DNA of 63,951 nucleotides, filler included, from Octopus bimaculoides (Eukaryota), in the NCBI RefSeq assembly GCF_001194135.2. It is 6 parts of 4 records of this genome, joined end to end, with 100 filler letters (N's around TTAATTAATTAA, not from the genome) between each part and the next. Parts side by side here need not be neighbours in the genome. Positions count along the whole stretch, not along the records: positions 36,330 to 45,412 come from NC_069003.1; positions 45,513 to 52,060 come from NC_069010.1; 4 more parts are not named here. One strand, 5' to 3'. Of the stretch, positions 37,093-49,385 are shown in pieces. Every line of letters begins with the position of its first letter. Within the stretch, counting starts at the first letter, position 1. A program made the translations under genes and the position numbers. Under the pieces are notes generated by a model that saw only the letters and a list, made by a program, of their open reading frames with translations, had not been told where the DNA came from and made no database searches.

Positions 37093-38681
37093 NNNNNNNN
37101 NNNNNNNNNNNNNNNNNNNNNNNNNNNNNNNNNNNNNNNNNNNNNNNNNNNNNNNNNNNNNNNNNNNNNNNNNNNNNNNNNNNNNNNNNNNNNNNNNNNN
37201 NNNNNNNNNNNNNNNNNNNNNNNNNNNNNNNNNNNNNNNNNNNNNNNNNNNNNNNNNNNNNNNNNNNNNNNNNNNNNNNNNNNNNNNNNNNNNNNNNNNN
37301 NNNNNNNNNNNNNNNNNNNNNNNNNNNNNNNNNNNNNNNNNNNNNNNNNNNNNNNNNNNNNNNNNNNNNNNNNNNNNNNNNNNNNNNNNNNNNNNNNNNN
37401 NNNNNNNNNNNNNNNNNNNNNNNNNNNNNNNNNNNNNNNNNNNNNNNNNNNNNNNNNNNNNNNNNNNNNNNNNNNNNNNNNNNNNNNNNNNNNNNNNNNN
37501 NNNNNNNNNNNNNNNNNNNNNNNNNNNNNNNNNNNNNNNNNNNNNNNNNNNNNNNNNNNNNNNNNNNNNNNNNNNNNNNNNNNNNNNNNNNNNNNNNNNN
37601 NNNNNNNNNNNNNNNNNNNNNNNNNNNNNNNNNNNNNNNNNNNNNNNNNNNNNNNNNNNNNNNNNNNNNNNNNNNNNNNNNNNNNNNNNNNNNNNNNNNN
37701 NNNNNNNNNNNNNNNNNNNNNNNNNNNNNNNNNNNNNNNNNNNNNNNNNNNNNNNNNNNNNNNNNNNNNNNNNNNNNNNNNNNNNNNNNNNNNNNNNNNN
37801 NNNNNNNNNNNNNNNNNNNNNNNNNNNNNNNNNNNNNNNNNNNNNNNNNNNNNNNNNNNNNNNNNNNNNNNNNNNNNNNNNNNNNNNNNNNNNNNNNNNN
37901 NNNNNNNNNNNNNNNNNNNNNNNNNNNNNNNNNNNNNNNNNNNNNNNNNNNNNNNNNNNNNNNNNNNNNNNNNNNNNNNNNNTATATATATATACATATA
38001 CATATACGACGGGCTTCTTTCAGTTTCCGTCTACCAAATCCACTTCTCGATCCTCTTTACATTCTGAGTTCAAATTCCGCCGAAGTGGGTTTCGCCTTTC
38101 ATTCTTTTCGGGATCAATAAATTTATGTCAGTTGAGCACTTTAGTACTGGGGGCGATGTAATTGACTTACCCCCGATCTCCACAAATTTTACGCCTTGTA
38201 CCTACAGTAGAAAAAGAAACTATCCTTTTCACTTTATTTAATTGACCCCTTAAGCATCAAATGCGAACCTGACTTCGTCGGAATTCGGACGCACAAACAA
38301 ATAACCTACATATCGTAAATCGTTTTAACCCAAGGCTCTAATCATCCCAAAAGTCCACGGTCTTACGTCACGAATGATCAGAAATCAATGTCGATGCTTT
38401 GATGAAACTTACTATTTACAAATGGTTTCTACTTACATGAGAAACAGAAAGTGAAGTTGGCCAACTGGTTGTTTACATTATGCTTTACATCCTGTGATCC
38501 GGAGCCAATTTGGGTAGTTTTTATCGAACTGTTTCCGCTTGTTTACCAAACAGACAGACACAGACAAACATGTTCAAAAACACACACACACGCATGGACA
38601 CGCACGCACACATACACACACACAGACACACACAAACACACGCACGCAAGTATATTTAGACATATATATGTATATGTATGC

Positions 38682-38746
<65 letters not shown>

Positions 38747-38858
38747 CATACATACCCACATATACATGTATATTTATATATACCTACATAAATATATATA
38801 CGCATACATACACACATATGCATAAATATTTATATATGCATTTGTTAGACTGTATACA

Positions 38859-38966
38859 TACAGTAACCATAAGAGCATCACAGCAAACCACAGCACATAC
38901 CCAAGGCACACAGAGCTGCGCTCGGTAGTGAAGTGAAAGCACGTGATAAAAATACGACTACTGAAC

Positions 38967-39016
<50 letters not shown>
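38859..39016 (+). mobile_element. Severely 5'-truncated R4/Dong copy (3'UTR + (AAT)n)
   Basis: Matches the 3'UTR of 34151..: CATAAGAGCATCACAGCAAACCACAGCACATACCCAAGGCACACAGAGCTGCGCTCGGTAGTGAAGTGAAAGCACG..CTACTGAAC(AAT)n. Confidence 0.85.
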
Positions 39017-39336
39017 NNNNNNNNNNNNNNNNNNNNNNNNNNNNNNNNNNNNNNNNNNNNNNNNNNNNNNNNNNNNNNNNNNNNNNNNNNNNNNNNNNNN
39101 NNNNNNNNNNNNNNNNNNNNNNNNNNNNNNNNNNNNNNNNNNNNNNNNNNNNNNNNNNNNNNNNNNNNNNNNNNNNNNNNNNNNNNNNNNNNNNNNNNNN
39201 NNNNNNNNNNNNNNNNNNNNNNNNNNNNNNNNNNNNNNNNNNNNNNNNNNNNNNNNNNNNNNNNNNNNNNNNNNNNNNNNNNNNNNNNNNNNNNNNNNNN
39301 NNNNNNNNNNNNNNNNNNNNNNNNNNNNNNNNNNNN

Positions 39337-39373
<37 letters not shown>

Positions 39374-41396
39374 GAAATAAAATAGAAGTTATATCGTCAA
39401 CAGAAGTGGCAAACAGACAGACATAATACGGTGATACAAACACCTTACCTGACGTGTTACCACGTAGTGTACTATGACAATTACATAACAGAAAGTGTTA
39501 AGCATATACAGTAATGTACAATAATGCAGTAAACATGCTTTATAGTGCGAAAAACGTGTTAACACATGAGATGATGTGGAGGAAAAAATGCATTGAAATA
39601 GAGAAAATAAATCACCACAGATTTTATTGGTAAATGAATGTTTGAATAGTAAAACTTTTGTTGTTAATTGTGTATGACAGATGTTTGTTGAGCTTTGTTC
39701 TGTTTTGGATAAGTATTTTATGCATATTTTATTTCTTTCTTTTTTTTTTTTGCATTTTTTTTTTTTGCATTTTCTTGGAAGTTGCTTTACAAAGTAAATG
39801 ATGCATTATTACATTTTACCGGTGTCTGTGTATGAGTTTATTTGCATGAATACCTATGTGTATGTCTTTATATATATGCTTATTTATATACATTCATATA
39901 TATATTTACGTGTATACATACATATACATNNNNNNNNNNNNNNNNNNNNNNNNNNNNNNNNNNNNNNNNNNNNNNNNNNNNNNNNNNNNNNNNNNNNNNN
40001 NNNNNNNNNNNNNNNNNNNNNNNNNNNNNNNNNNNNNNNNNNNNNNNNNNNNNNNNNNNNNNNNNNNNNNNNNNNNNNNNNNNNNNNNNNNNNNNNNNNN
40101 NNNNNNNNNNNNNNNNNNNNNNNNNNNNNNNNNNNNNNNNNNNNNNNNNNNNNNNNNNNNNNNNNNNNNNNNNNNNNNNNNNNNNNNNNNNNNNNNNNNN
40201 NNNNNNNNNNNNNNNNNNNNNNNNNNNNNNNNNNNNNNNNNNNNNNNNNNNNNNNNNNNNNNNNNNNNNNNNNNNNNNNNNNNNNNNNNNNNNNNNNNNN
40301 NNNNNNNNNNNNNNNNNNNNNNNNNNNNNNNNNNNNNNNNNNNNNNNNNNNNNNNNNNNNNNNNNNNNNNNNNNNNNNNNNNNNNNNNNNNNNNNNNNNN
40401 NNNNNNNNNNNNNNNNNNNNNNNNNNNNNNNNNNNNNNNNNNNNNNNNNNNNNNNNNNNNNNNNNNNNNNNNNNNNNNNNNNNNNNNNNNNNNNNNNNNN
40501 NNNNNNNNNNNNNNNNNNNNNNNNNNNNNNNNNNNNNNNNNNNNNNNNNNNNNNNNNNNNNNNNNNNNNNNNNNNNNNNNNNNNNNNNNNNNNNNNNNNN
40601 NNNNNNNNNNNNNNNNNNNNNNNNNNNNNNNNNNNNNNNNNNNNNNNNNNNNNNNNNNNNNNNNNNNNNNNNNNNNNNNNNNNNNNNNNNNNNNNNNNNN
40701 NNNNNNNNNNNNNNNNNNNNNNNNNNNNNNNNNNNNNNNNNNNNNNNTATATATATATATATATATATATCTATGTATATATATGGATGGATGGATGGAT
40801 GGATGGATGGATGTATATGTGTGTTTATATATGCAAAATATAAGGAAACGTACAGTCATAGTTACTTAGACTTGCATTCACACATTTGATGAAATTCAAT
40901 GCTTATTTTATGTAAATATGTAAAGATAGATAGAACGGGAGACAGAGATGGAGGGAGAGCGAATTACTTGCGTCCTTGCACGATTATGTGTGCGCACGTG
41001 TCTGTGCGTATGTGTCTGTGTGCGTGTGTGTGTTTGCGTATGCGTTTGTACGAAATAGAATGAGAGAGAGAGAGAGAGATTGAAAGATAAAGTGTAGATG
41101 CTGCAGTTTCATATGTTGTTTGGCCTCTTTTTGCAAGACAAAGGTGATGAAAGGTTGAATTACGAAGTCAGAGGAGACAACAAAAACAGCTGTTGTCATA
41201 CGGAGGGTGTAGATGTCAACACATCAGAAAGTCTCCGACGACACAAAACACATCTTAATCTGCATAGTTGGTGTTGTTGTTGTTGTTGTTGTCGATGTTG
41301 TTGTTATCGGCGTTCCTTCTGCTGTTGCTGTTTCTGTTCGAGCTGTCGTTTTTTGTTGCTCTTCTTCATCTTCTTGTTGCCGTTGTTGCTATTAAT

Positions 41397-41453
<57 letters not shown>

Positions 41454-41697
41454 ATTGTTGTTGTTACTGTTGTTCTTTCATCCCGAGCCAGGAAAAAATT
41501 CAAACAAGCATAAACATCTTCAAAAACGTTCCAACTTTGAAAAACCTTTGGTTCAACTNNNNNNNNNNNNNNNNNNNNNNNNNNNNNNNNNNNNNNNNNN
41601 NNNNNNNNNNNNNNNNNNNNNNNNNNNNNNNNNNNNNNNNNNNNNNNNNNNNNNNNNNNNNNNNNNNNNNNNNNNNNNNNNNNNNNNNNNNNNNNNN

Positions 41698-42455
41698 GAA
41701 TTGATGAAACACAAAGTCCACCTCGGCGGAATTCAATTCAGGCCCTAATGACCAACAAAATGTCGCTCTGCAATATTTTGTCTAGCGTGCTAGCGGTTCT
41801 GCCAGCTCACCGCCTTAAATGCGTATATAAAATTGGTTTCTAATTTTGGCACAAGGCCAGCAAGTTCGGGGGGAGGGGTTACATCGATTGAATCGACCCC
41901 AGTGCTCAGCTGATACTTAGCTTATTGAATCCGAAATGTTGTATGAAAAGTCGACCCCGGTGGCATTTGAACCCAGAACGTAAAGACAGACGAAATACCG
42001 CTAAGCATTTCGCCCGGCGTGCTAACGTTTCTGCCAGCTCACCGCCTTTCAAATAATCCTTTCTACTAGAGGCACAAGGCCTCAAATTTGGGGGAAGGGG
42101 GTGTAGTCGATTACATCGACTCCAGTCTTCCACTGGTACTTATTTTATCGACCCCGAAAGGATTAAAGGCAAAGTCAGCCTCGGCGGAATTTGAACCCAT
42201 TACGTAAACACAGACGAAATACCACTAAGCTTTTTGCCCGGCGTGCTCCCGTTTCTGCCAGTTCAACGCCTTAAAGTTTATTTAATATTAATAATATTGA
42301 AAAAGCGGTGACCTTGCAGAATCGTTAAGCACGCCGAGCGAAATGCATAGCGGTACCTCGTCTGTGTACAAATTCAGCCGATGTCCACTGTGCCTTACAC
42401 CCTTCGGAGTCGATAAAATAGGTACCAGTTGAATACTGGGCCAATGTTATCAACT
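41698..42455. mobile_element. Cluster of SINE family 5: three tandem minus-strand copies, then one plus-strand copy head-to-head
   Basis: Blocks end ..CTGCCAGCTCACCGCCTT at ~41817, 42047 and 42272. The inverted copy starts AAAGCGGTGACCTTGCAGAATCGTT at ~42301. Confidence 0.8.
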
Positions 42456-42499
42456 ATATACTAGTGTGTGTATGTGTGTGTGAATGGTATTGACATTAC

Positions 42500-42560
<61 letters not shown>

Positions 42561-42618
42561 CATAGATAGATAGACAGATAGACAGACAGACAGACAGATG
42601 GACAGACAGATATATTGG

Positions 42619-42660
<42 letters not shown>

Positions 42661-42701
42661 GGAATAGACAAACGGTGAGTGAGAGACTGAGAAAGAGCCT
42701 C

Positions 42702-42789
<88 letters not shown>

Positions 42790-43132
42790 GTGAGGAATAA
42801 TGCAATAAACAGATCCACACGTAAATTCGGTGAGTGTGTAGCGCTGGGGAACCATTTCTAGAATTTGCAAAGCATATATCTATGCATCTGGTTTGTCAAA
42901 TGTGACACCAGGAGTATCAATAAAATGGAATGTCTACTTTCTGTAAGTAAATTAAGATCCCAAGGTGCAGCGTGTATTGTAGAGTTAATATATTTCATTC
43001 ATTTGACACAGTCGAATGCTTAGAAATAAATAAATAATAAATAACATGATGGATGATGTAATAGCGGTAATACAAGTCAGAAGAGACAGTAAAAGAAATA
43101 ATACATCATATATTAGTTTAATTACCCTGTCG

Positions 43133-43204
43133 AGCAGAGTGACGCAGTGGAAGCGTGCTGGGCCCATAACCCAGAGGTCCGTAGATCGAATCTACGCTCT
43201 GCTA
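43133..43204 (+). tRNA. tRNA-iMet-CAT: Initiator tRNA-Met, anticodon CAT
   Basis: AGCAGAGTGACGCAGTGGAAGCGTGCTGGGCCCATAACCCAGAGGTCCGTAGATCGAATCTACGCTCTGCTA. Has A1:U72, three G:C pairs in the anticodon stem, A54 in the T-loop and all stems paired. A T6 terminator follows. Confidence 0.93.
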
Positions 43205-43370
43205 GAAAATGGATTTTTTGTTTTGTTTTTTTTTATGTATCGACATCGTAACTTTGTCTTCAATAAACCAATCATAAAATATATCAGGCTGAGTAAAAAG
43301 TAAGCAACGTTTTGAACCATGAAGGATTTGTACCGGAATTTTGCAGGGATTTGAAATCTTTTTAAACATA

Positions 43371-43773
43371 GGCGTAGGAGTGGGTGTGTGGTAAGTAGCT
43401 TGCTTACGAACCACATGGTTCCGGGTTTAGTCCCACTGCGTGGCACCTTGGGCAAATGCCTTCTACTATAGCCTCGGGCCGTCCATAGCCTTGTGAGTGG
43501 ATTTGGTAGACGGAAACTGAAAGAAGTCCGTCGTATATATGTATGTATGTATGTGTGTGTATATGCTTGTTTGTCTGTGTTTATCCCCCCGCTTAACATC
43601 GCTTGACAACCGATGCTGGTGTGTTTATGTTCCTGTAACTTAGCGGTTCGGTAAAAAGAGACCGATAGAATAAGTACTAGGCTTCCAAAGAATAAGTTCT
43701 AGGGTCGATTTGCTCGACTAAAGGCGGTACTCCAGCATGGCCACAGTCAAATGACTGAAACAAGTAAAAGAGT
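43371..43773 (+). mobile_element. SINE family 1, full copy
   Basis: Head, microsatellite and tail as at 1330..1756. Confidence 0.85.
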
Positions 43774-43885
43774 TCAAAAAAGAGAGCATTCTTTTGAATT
43801 GCCTGATAATACAGACATAAACTTGTCCAAATGCATCAATAAATTAACATTGATACTTTTTACACCGTTGTTACGATCATCAGAA

Positions 43886-44347
43886 ATGGAACTGTCAAAT
43901 CGTGATATTCGAGTAATTTTACTATTCCACTTCAAAAAAGGACGTAAAGCAACTGAAACTGCTCCTGATATGAACGAAACGTTTGGTGAGGAAATTTATA
44001 GTGAACGGTCAGCTCGGACATGTTTTAAACGATTTCGCAGTAGAGACCTGAGCTTTGAAGATAGTGAGCGTAGTGGAAGCCCATCCGTCAAAGATGACGG
44101 TCAATTAAAGACCGTCATTAAGAAATATCCACATAAAACCACTCGAGAATTGGCAAAAGAACTTCTAGTTAGCCAGAAAACTACCTGCAATCATTCGCAT
44201 ACGATCGGAAAAGCAAAAAAGCTCGACAAATGGGTACCACACGATTTGGATGTAAATGAGAAACTGCACTGGTATGAAATTTGCTTGTCGCTTCTCCGTA
44301 ATCAGACCGATCCATTTCTTGACCATTTAGGATATCGATCCATTTAG
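43886..44347 (+). pseudogene. Mariner transposase N-terminal fragment (two HTH domains to WVPH), truncated before the DD34D domain
   Basis: MELSNRDIRVILLFHFKKGRKATETA..FKRFRSRDLSFEDSERSGSP..TTRELAKEL..KKLDKWVPHDL, the mariner WVPHEL motif. Confidence 0.88.
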
Positions 44348-44991
44348 GATATCTTCTAAGCGTTACCCACTATTCTTCTCTTCTTGGAACCTAAGGCCGT
44401 ATATTGCTCGTCTGTTCGTCCTTAAATCATTAAATCACACTCTGTGTTGTTTTGCTTTGTTGTGTTTGTTCTCGGCCCTGAATTCTCCTAGAAAAAAAAA
44501 TTTGCGGGCACCGCCAATATGGGAAGCCCTTAGTCTTATCCTTAATGGCACGAAACTGAGCCCTACCAATTGGTTGATAAGTGATAAAGAATCAGGAACC
44601 TTCTGTTTTTCTCTCCCGCCCGGTTGTACAGTCAGTATACGTTATGGCGTTTGTTAATTTACAATACATTTTTTTCATTTATATGTGTGCGCATTTGTAT
44701 GAATGTATGTATGTATATACATATGCCAAATTCGTATTTAACTACACGGTTTTCACAGAACTCAGGTATGCATATGATGCGATTATATTAAGATACTTTT
44801 GAAAGGGTTAAATAATTTTTCTCTTTTTTTTTATATTCCCATTTATTATTCTCAACATTCGATTCGACGTCACGTAGGTGTTCTCTAACAAAAATTCACT
44901 TCGGCTTTCTGCATACATATTTTCAAAACGCGTCGCAATACATACATACATACATACATACATACATACATACACACATACATACATAAAG

Positions 44992-45028
<37 letters not shown>

Positions 45029-45126
45029 CATATATGTGTAAGTGTGTGTGTATGTGTGTGTATTTATATATATATATATATATATAAATGTACATATATA
45101 CATACACACACTCACACACACATACG

Positions 45127-45158
<32 letters not shown>

Positions 45159-45304
45159 TNNNNNNNNNNTACATATATATATATATATATATATATGTAT
45201 ATTTCTACATAAATAATATATGTATATATCTATATAAACGCAAATAAATACATACATATGTGTATATGCATAGACATATATATATGTGATCTCATGTGTA
45301 TATG

Positions 45305-45343
<39 letters not shown>

Positions 45344-45373
45344 ATGTATATATATATATATGTGATCTATGTG

Positions 45374-45412
<39 letters not shown>

Positions 45413-45575
45413 NNNNNNNNNNNNNNNNNNNNNNNNNNNNNNNNNNNNNNNNNNNNTTAATTAATTAANNNNNNNNNNNNNNNNNNNNNNNNNNNNNNNN
45501 NNNNNNNNNNNNGTGGGACTGAACCCAGAACCATGTGGTTGAGAATAACAATATATGTCTGTGCGTGTACATATA

Positions 45576-45606
<31 letters not shown>

Positions 45607-45668
45607 TATGTACTTACGCTTCTCCTGTGATCTTCATGTAACGTCATCTGTTTCGTCTCCACCTCCAG

Positions 45669-45787
45669 AGTGCCGGTGGTCTGCCAGTCAATATGTCCGT
45701 CCTTGAATGTATGATAAGAGAATGCCAAGAAGAAGCATCCATTGATGAATCCTTATTGAAGAAACTCATCCCTACTGGATCCGTCAG
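45669..45787 (+). CDS. Nudix hydrolase (YJR142W / plant NUDX20-24 / Tnr3-N family), internal exon carrying the Nudix box
   Basis: ctccacctccag acceptor, gtgagt donor. SAGGLPVNMSVLECMIRECQEEASIDESLLKKLIPTGSV = G-x5-M-x7-RE-x-x-EE-x-S-I. Phase 0 in, 2 out. Confidence 0.88.
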
Positions 45788-46169
45788 GTGAGTAAACACA
45801 TTTACTGTTGTTGCTGTGAAGCCACGTGGCTCAGTGGTTAGAGTGTCAGGCTCACAACCATGCAGTAGTGATTTCGATTCCCAGACTAGGCTGTGTGTTT
45901 TTCACATTGCACCGGCACAAGTGCGGTCGCCACGTAGCTCATGTGTCAACAAACCCCAGGGAGGGAGAATGTTGCCTCTGCCTGTTGGATGGGAGGGTTC
46001 AGGTATGAGGGAAGAGGTTGGAGTAGAACAGGATCTTGGAGTAGAGGAGTGACATGGCTACTCACATTTAGTGTGAGAATGAATGAGAAATATCTCTAAG
46101 GAGATAGACAGTGATGAGACGTCCACACACACACACACACACACACACTTGGACTGTATTATATGTATT

Positions 46170-46515
46170 TGGCTCAGTGGTTAGAGCATCAAGCTCACAA
46201 TCATGAGGTAGTGAATTCAATTCCTGGACCAGGCAGTGTGTTGTGTTCTTAAGCAAGACAATTTATTCCACATTGCTCCTGTTCACTCAGCTGTAGAAAT
46301 GAGTAGAAATTAGTTGCAACATCACAGGTGCCAAGCTGTATCGGCCCCTTTGCCTTTCCCTTGGATAAAATCGGTTGCATGTAGAGGGGAGGCCGGTATG
46401 CATGGGCCACTGCTGGTCTTCCATAAACAACCTTGCCTGGACTTGTGCCTCAGAGGGGAACTTTCTAGGTGCAATCCCATGGTCGTTCATGATCAAAGGG
46501 GGGTCTTTATCCTTT
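46170..46515 (+). mobile_element. SINE family 3, near full copy (a second head at ~45824-45910)
   Basis: TTGGCTCAGTGGTTAGAGCATCAAGCTCACAATCATGAGG.., homologous to 16300..16600. Confidence 0.75.
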
Positions 46516-46789
46516 ACCTTGTTGTTGTTGTTATTGCAGAACATTCGACATACAGGGGTAGAAGATGAGACTTTGTTGTGGGTAGCTGTTTGCTGCTGGT
46601 GAATGCAAATGTATTTCTAGAGCTGTGCGTAGAAGTTATTAGCCATATAATGTATATAATATATATATATTATAATGTACTGGTCCCAACCTCTCCTACT
46701 AACAGTATTACCCTGTAGTCTTTCTGTACTAGAACATATATTATATGTGTGATATTATATATGGTAAATATTCTATATTCTTCCCCCAG

Positions 46790-46922
46790 TTACATGTATG
46801 GTACCCAGGATGGATTGTACCCAGAGACCCAGTTCGTCTTTGATCTCGAACTTCCTCCAGATTTTGCCCCCAAAAACGCCGATGGTGAAATGAGCAACTT
46901 CTATCTATTAACAATCGACGAG
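46790..46922 (+). CDS. Nudix hydrolase exon (YMYGTQDGLYPETQFVFDLELPPDFAPKNADGEMSNFYLLTIDE)
   Basis: ttcccccag acceptor, gtgagt donor. Phase 2 in (AG+T = Ser), 0 out. The G-L-x-P-E...F-D-L-E-L-P-x-D-F-x-P-x-N-x-D-G-E motif is diagnostic for this family. Confidence 0.92.
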
Positions 46923-47139
46923 GTGAGTTCTTTGTACATATACCATGTGGTACCTTTAGCTACACCCACATGGTATCTTTATTATGATTCATGTGGTACC
47001 TTTAATTAGATCCATGTAGTTACAGCTATGCAGTTGCTTTTAATTGCAGCCATATGATCTGTTAAATATAGCCATGTGGTACATCTAATGACATATATGT
47101 TGTATCACAATTATAGGGTACCTTTAACCAGAATCATAT

Positions 47140-47497
47140 AACATGGCACCTGTGCCCAGCATCGCCTTCCTGGCACTTGTGCCGGATGGCATGTGTAAAG
47201 ACATTCGAGCGAGATCGTTGCCAGTGCCGCCGAACTGGCTCCTGTGCAGGTGGCAAGTAAAATACACCATTTCGAGCGTGGCCATTGCCAGTTCCGCCTG
47301 ACTGGCCTTCGTGCCGGTGGCACGTAAAAGCACCCACTACACTCTCGGAGTGGTTGGCGTTAGGAAGGGCATCCAGCTGTAGAAACTCTGCCAAATCAGA
47401 TTGGAGCCTTGTGTAGCCATCTGGTTTCACCAGTCCTCAGTCAAATCGTCCAATCCATGCTAGCATGGAAAGCGGACGTTAAACGATGATGATGATG
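47140..47497 (+). mobile_element. SINE family 2, young copy in a Nudix intron
   Basis: Near-identical to 10025..10286 and 15601..16030 (reverse), ending in (GAT)n. Confidence 0.8.
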
Positions 47498-47499
47498 CA

Positions 47500-47700
47500 A
47501 TCAAGGTGATGGTCATGTTTAGAATATCTTTGATCATGTTTGGATCAAGACCAACCTGGGGCTAAACGACAACAAGGCAGGACACATTAGATAATGTAGT
47601 CCTAGATACATTATGTCTAAATCAAAGACAGGATGGTCACAGCTGGAACATCGTTGATCATAGGCCTACTGGATCAAGACTGACCTAGGGCTAAACAACA
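47500..47700 (-). repeat. Inverted ~1.6-unit copy of the downstream ~125-bp tandem repeat
   Basis: The reverse complement reads TTTAGCCCTAGGTCAGTCTTGATCCAGTAGGCCTATGATCAACGATGTTCCAGCTGTGACCATCCTGTC..CTAGGACTACATTATCTAATGTGTCC, the unit of 48640..49385. Confidence 0.85.
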
Positions 47701-47854
47701 AATTCCAAGCACATGCCACCACCACCACCACTACCACCATAACCATTGCCACCACTAATGTCTGTGTGTCGCTAATGCTACCACCACGACCCACCAATGT
47801 GTATGCCCCCTCCCACATCTTCCCGTAATTAATTAATTTCTCCTTGTCTTTCAG

Positions 47855-47951
47855 ATTAAAAAGAAAATACTCGAGGAAGACTTCAAACCTAACTGTGCAT
47901 TAATTATATTGGATTTCTTAGTTAGGATGGGTATCGTAACACCTGATACAG
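47855..47951 (+). CDS. Nudix hydrolase exon (IKKKILEEDFKPNCALIILDFLVRMGIVTPDT)
   Basis: tgtctttcag acceptor, gtaagt donor. Phase 0 in, 1 out. FKPNCAL-x-x-LDFL-x-R-x-G is the conserved family C-terminal motif. Confidence 0.93.
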
Positions 47952-48011
47952 GTAAGTCATCCACCCTTATTGCACCTATTCCTAATTAGTCTACCCTGAA
48001 TTACCCTTTTA

Positions 48012-48410
48012 ATCTTTTACTTGTTTCAGTCATTTTGACTGTGGCCATGCTGGAGCACCGCCTTTAGCCGAGCAAATCGACACCCAGGACTTATTCTTTG
48101 TAAGCCTAGTACTTATTCTATCGGTCTCTTTTTGCTGAACCGCTAAGTTATGGGGACGTAAACACACCAGCACCGGTTGTCAAGCGATGGTGGGGGGGAG
48201 AAACACAGACACACAAACACATACACACATATATACACATATATACGACGGGCTTCTTTCAGTTTCCGTCTACCAAATCCACTCACAAGGCTTTGGTCGG
48301 CCCGAGGCTATATAGCAGAAGACACTTGCCCAAGGTGCCACGCAGTAGGACTGAACCCGGAACCATGTGGTTGGTTAGCAAGCTACTTACCACACAGCCA
48401 CTCCTGTGCC
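48012..48410 (-). mobile_element. SINE family 1, full copy in the last Nudix intron
   Basis: Reverse-complement tail, microsatellite and head. Confidence 0.85.
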
Positions 48411-48444
48411 TGTTGTTTATTATTTTTTTTCTTCTTATTTGCAG

Positions 48445-48548
48445 AACCTCGTTATCTTGAAATAGTTGAGTTGCTCCACCGACCGATTCAATACTTATTC
48501 CGTGATTTCACATTTTGGTCGAAATCCGATATACCACGGTTCCAGTAG
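48445..48548 (+). CDS. Nudix hydrolase terminal exon (EPRYLEIVELLHRPIQYLFRDFTFWSKSDIPRFQ*)
   Basis: cttcttatttgcag acceptor. Phase 1 (G+AA = Glu). E-P-x-Y-x-E-I-V-x-x-L-H matches the family terminus. TAG stop. Confidence 0.88.
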
Positions 48549-48639
48549 CTCCAGGAAACCCTTGGAATTTTCTACAAAACCCCAAATAATATGAACCTAG
48601 TGATTCCTACCATGGTAAATATTCTATTTACAAAGTATT

Positions 48640-49385
48640 TCAGCTGTGACCATCCTGTCTTTTATTCAGGCATCGTGTATCTTGGACTACGTTATCTAAT
48701 GTGTCCTTCCTTGTTTCTTTTGTTTAGCCCCAGGTCAGTCCTGACCCAGCAGACCTATGATCAAAGATGTTTCAACTATGAGCATCCTGTCTTTTATTCA
48801 AGCATAGTGTATTTAGGACTACATTATCTAATGTGTCCTTCCTTGTTTAGCCCTAGGTCAGTCCTGGTCCAGTAGACCTATGATCAAAAGTGTTCCAGCT
48901 GTGACCATCCTGTCTTTTATTCAGGCATAGTGTATCTAGGACTACATTATCTAATGTGTCTTTCCTTGTTTAGCCCTAGGTCAGTCCTGGTCCAGTAGAC
49001 CTATGATCAAAAGTGTTCCAGCTATGACCATCCTGTCTTTTATTCAGACATAGTGTATCTAGGACTACATTATTTAATGTGTCCTTCTTTGTTTCTTTTG
49101 TTTAGCCCCAGGTCAGTCCTGGTCCAGTAGACCGATGATCAAAAATGTTCCAGCTGTGACCATCCTGTCTTTTATTCAGACATCGTGTATCTTGGACTAC
49201 ATTTTCTAATGTGTCCTTCCTTGTTGTTGCTGTTTAGCCCCGGGTCAGTCCTGATCCAGCAGACCTATGATCAAAGATGTTTCAACTATGAGCATCCTGT
49301 CTTTTATTCAGACATAGTGTATCTTGGACTACATTATCTAATGTGTCCTTCCTTGTTTAGCCCCAGGTCAGTCCTGATCCAGTTG
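48640..49385 (+). repeat. Tandem array, about 6 units of ~122-134 bp
   Basis: CA[GA]CT[GA]TGA[CG]CATCCTGTCTTTTATTCA starts at ~48641, 48772, 48896, 49019, 49151 and 49284. Confidence 0.92.

Noticed and set aside
27250-40889. Long ORFs of 200-430 aa in the supplied track
   Set aside because: They run through N-gaps and (TA)n, (TAA)n or (TG)n tracts. Only the R4 RT parts are real coding remnants.
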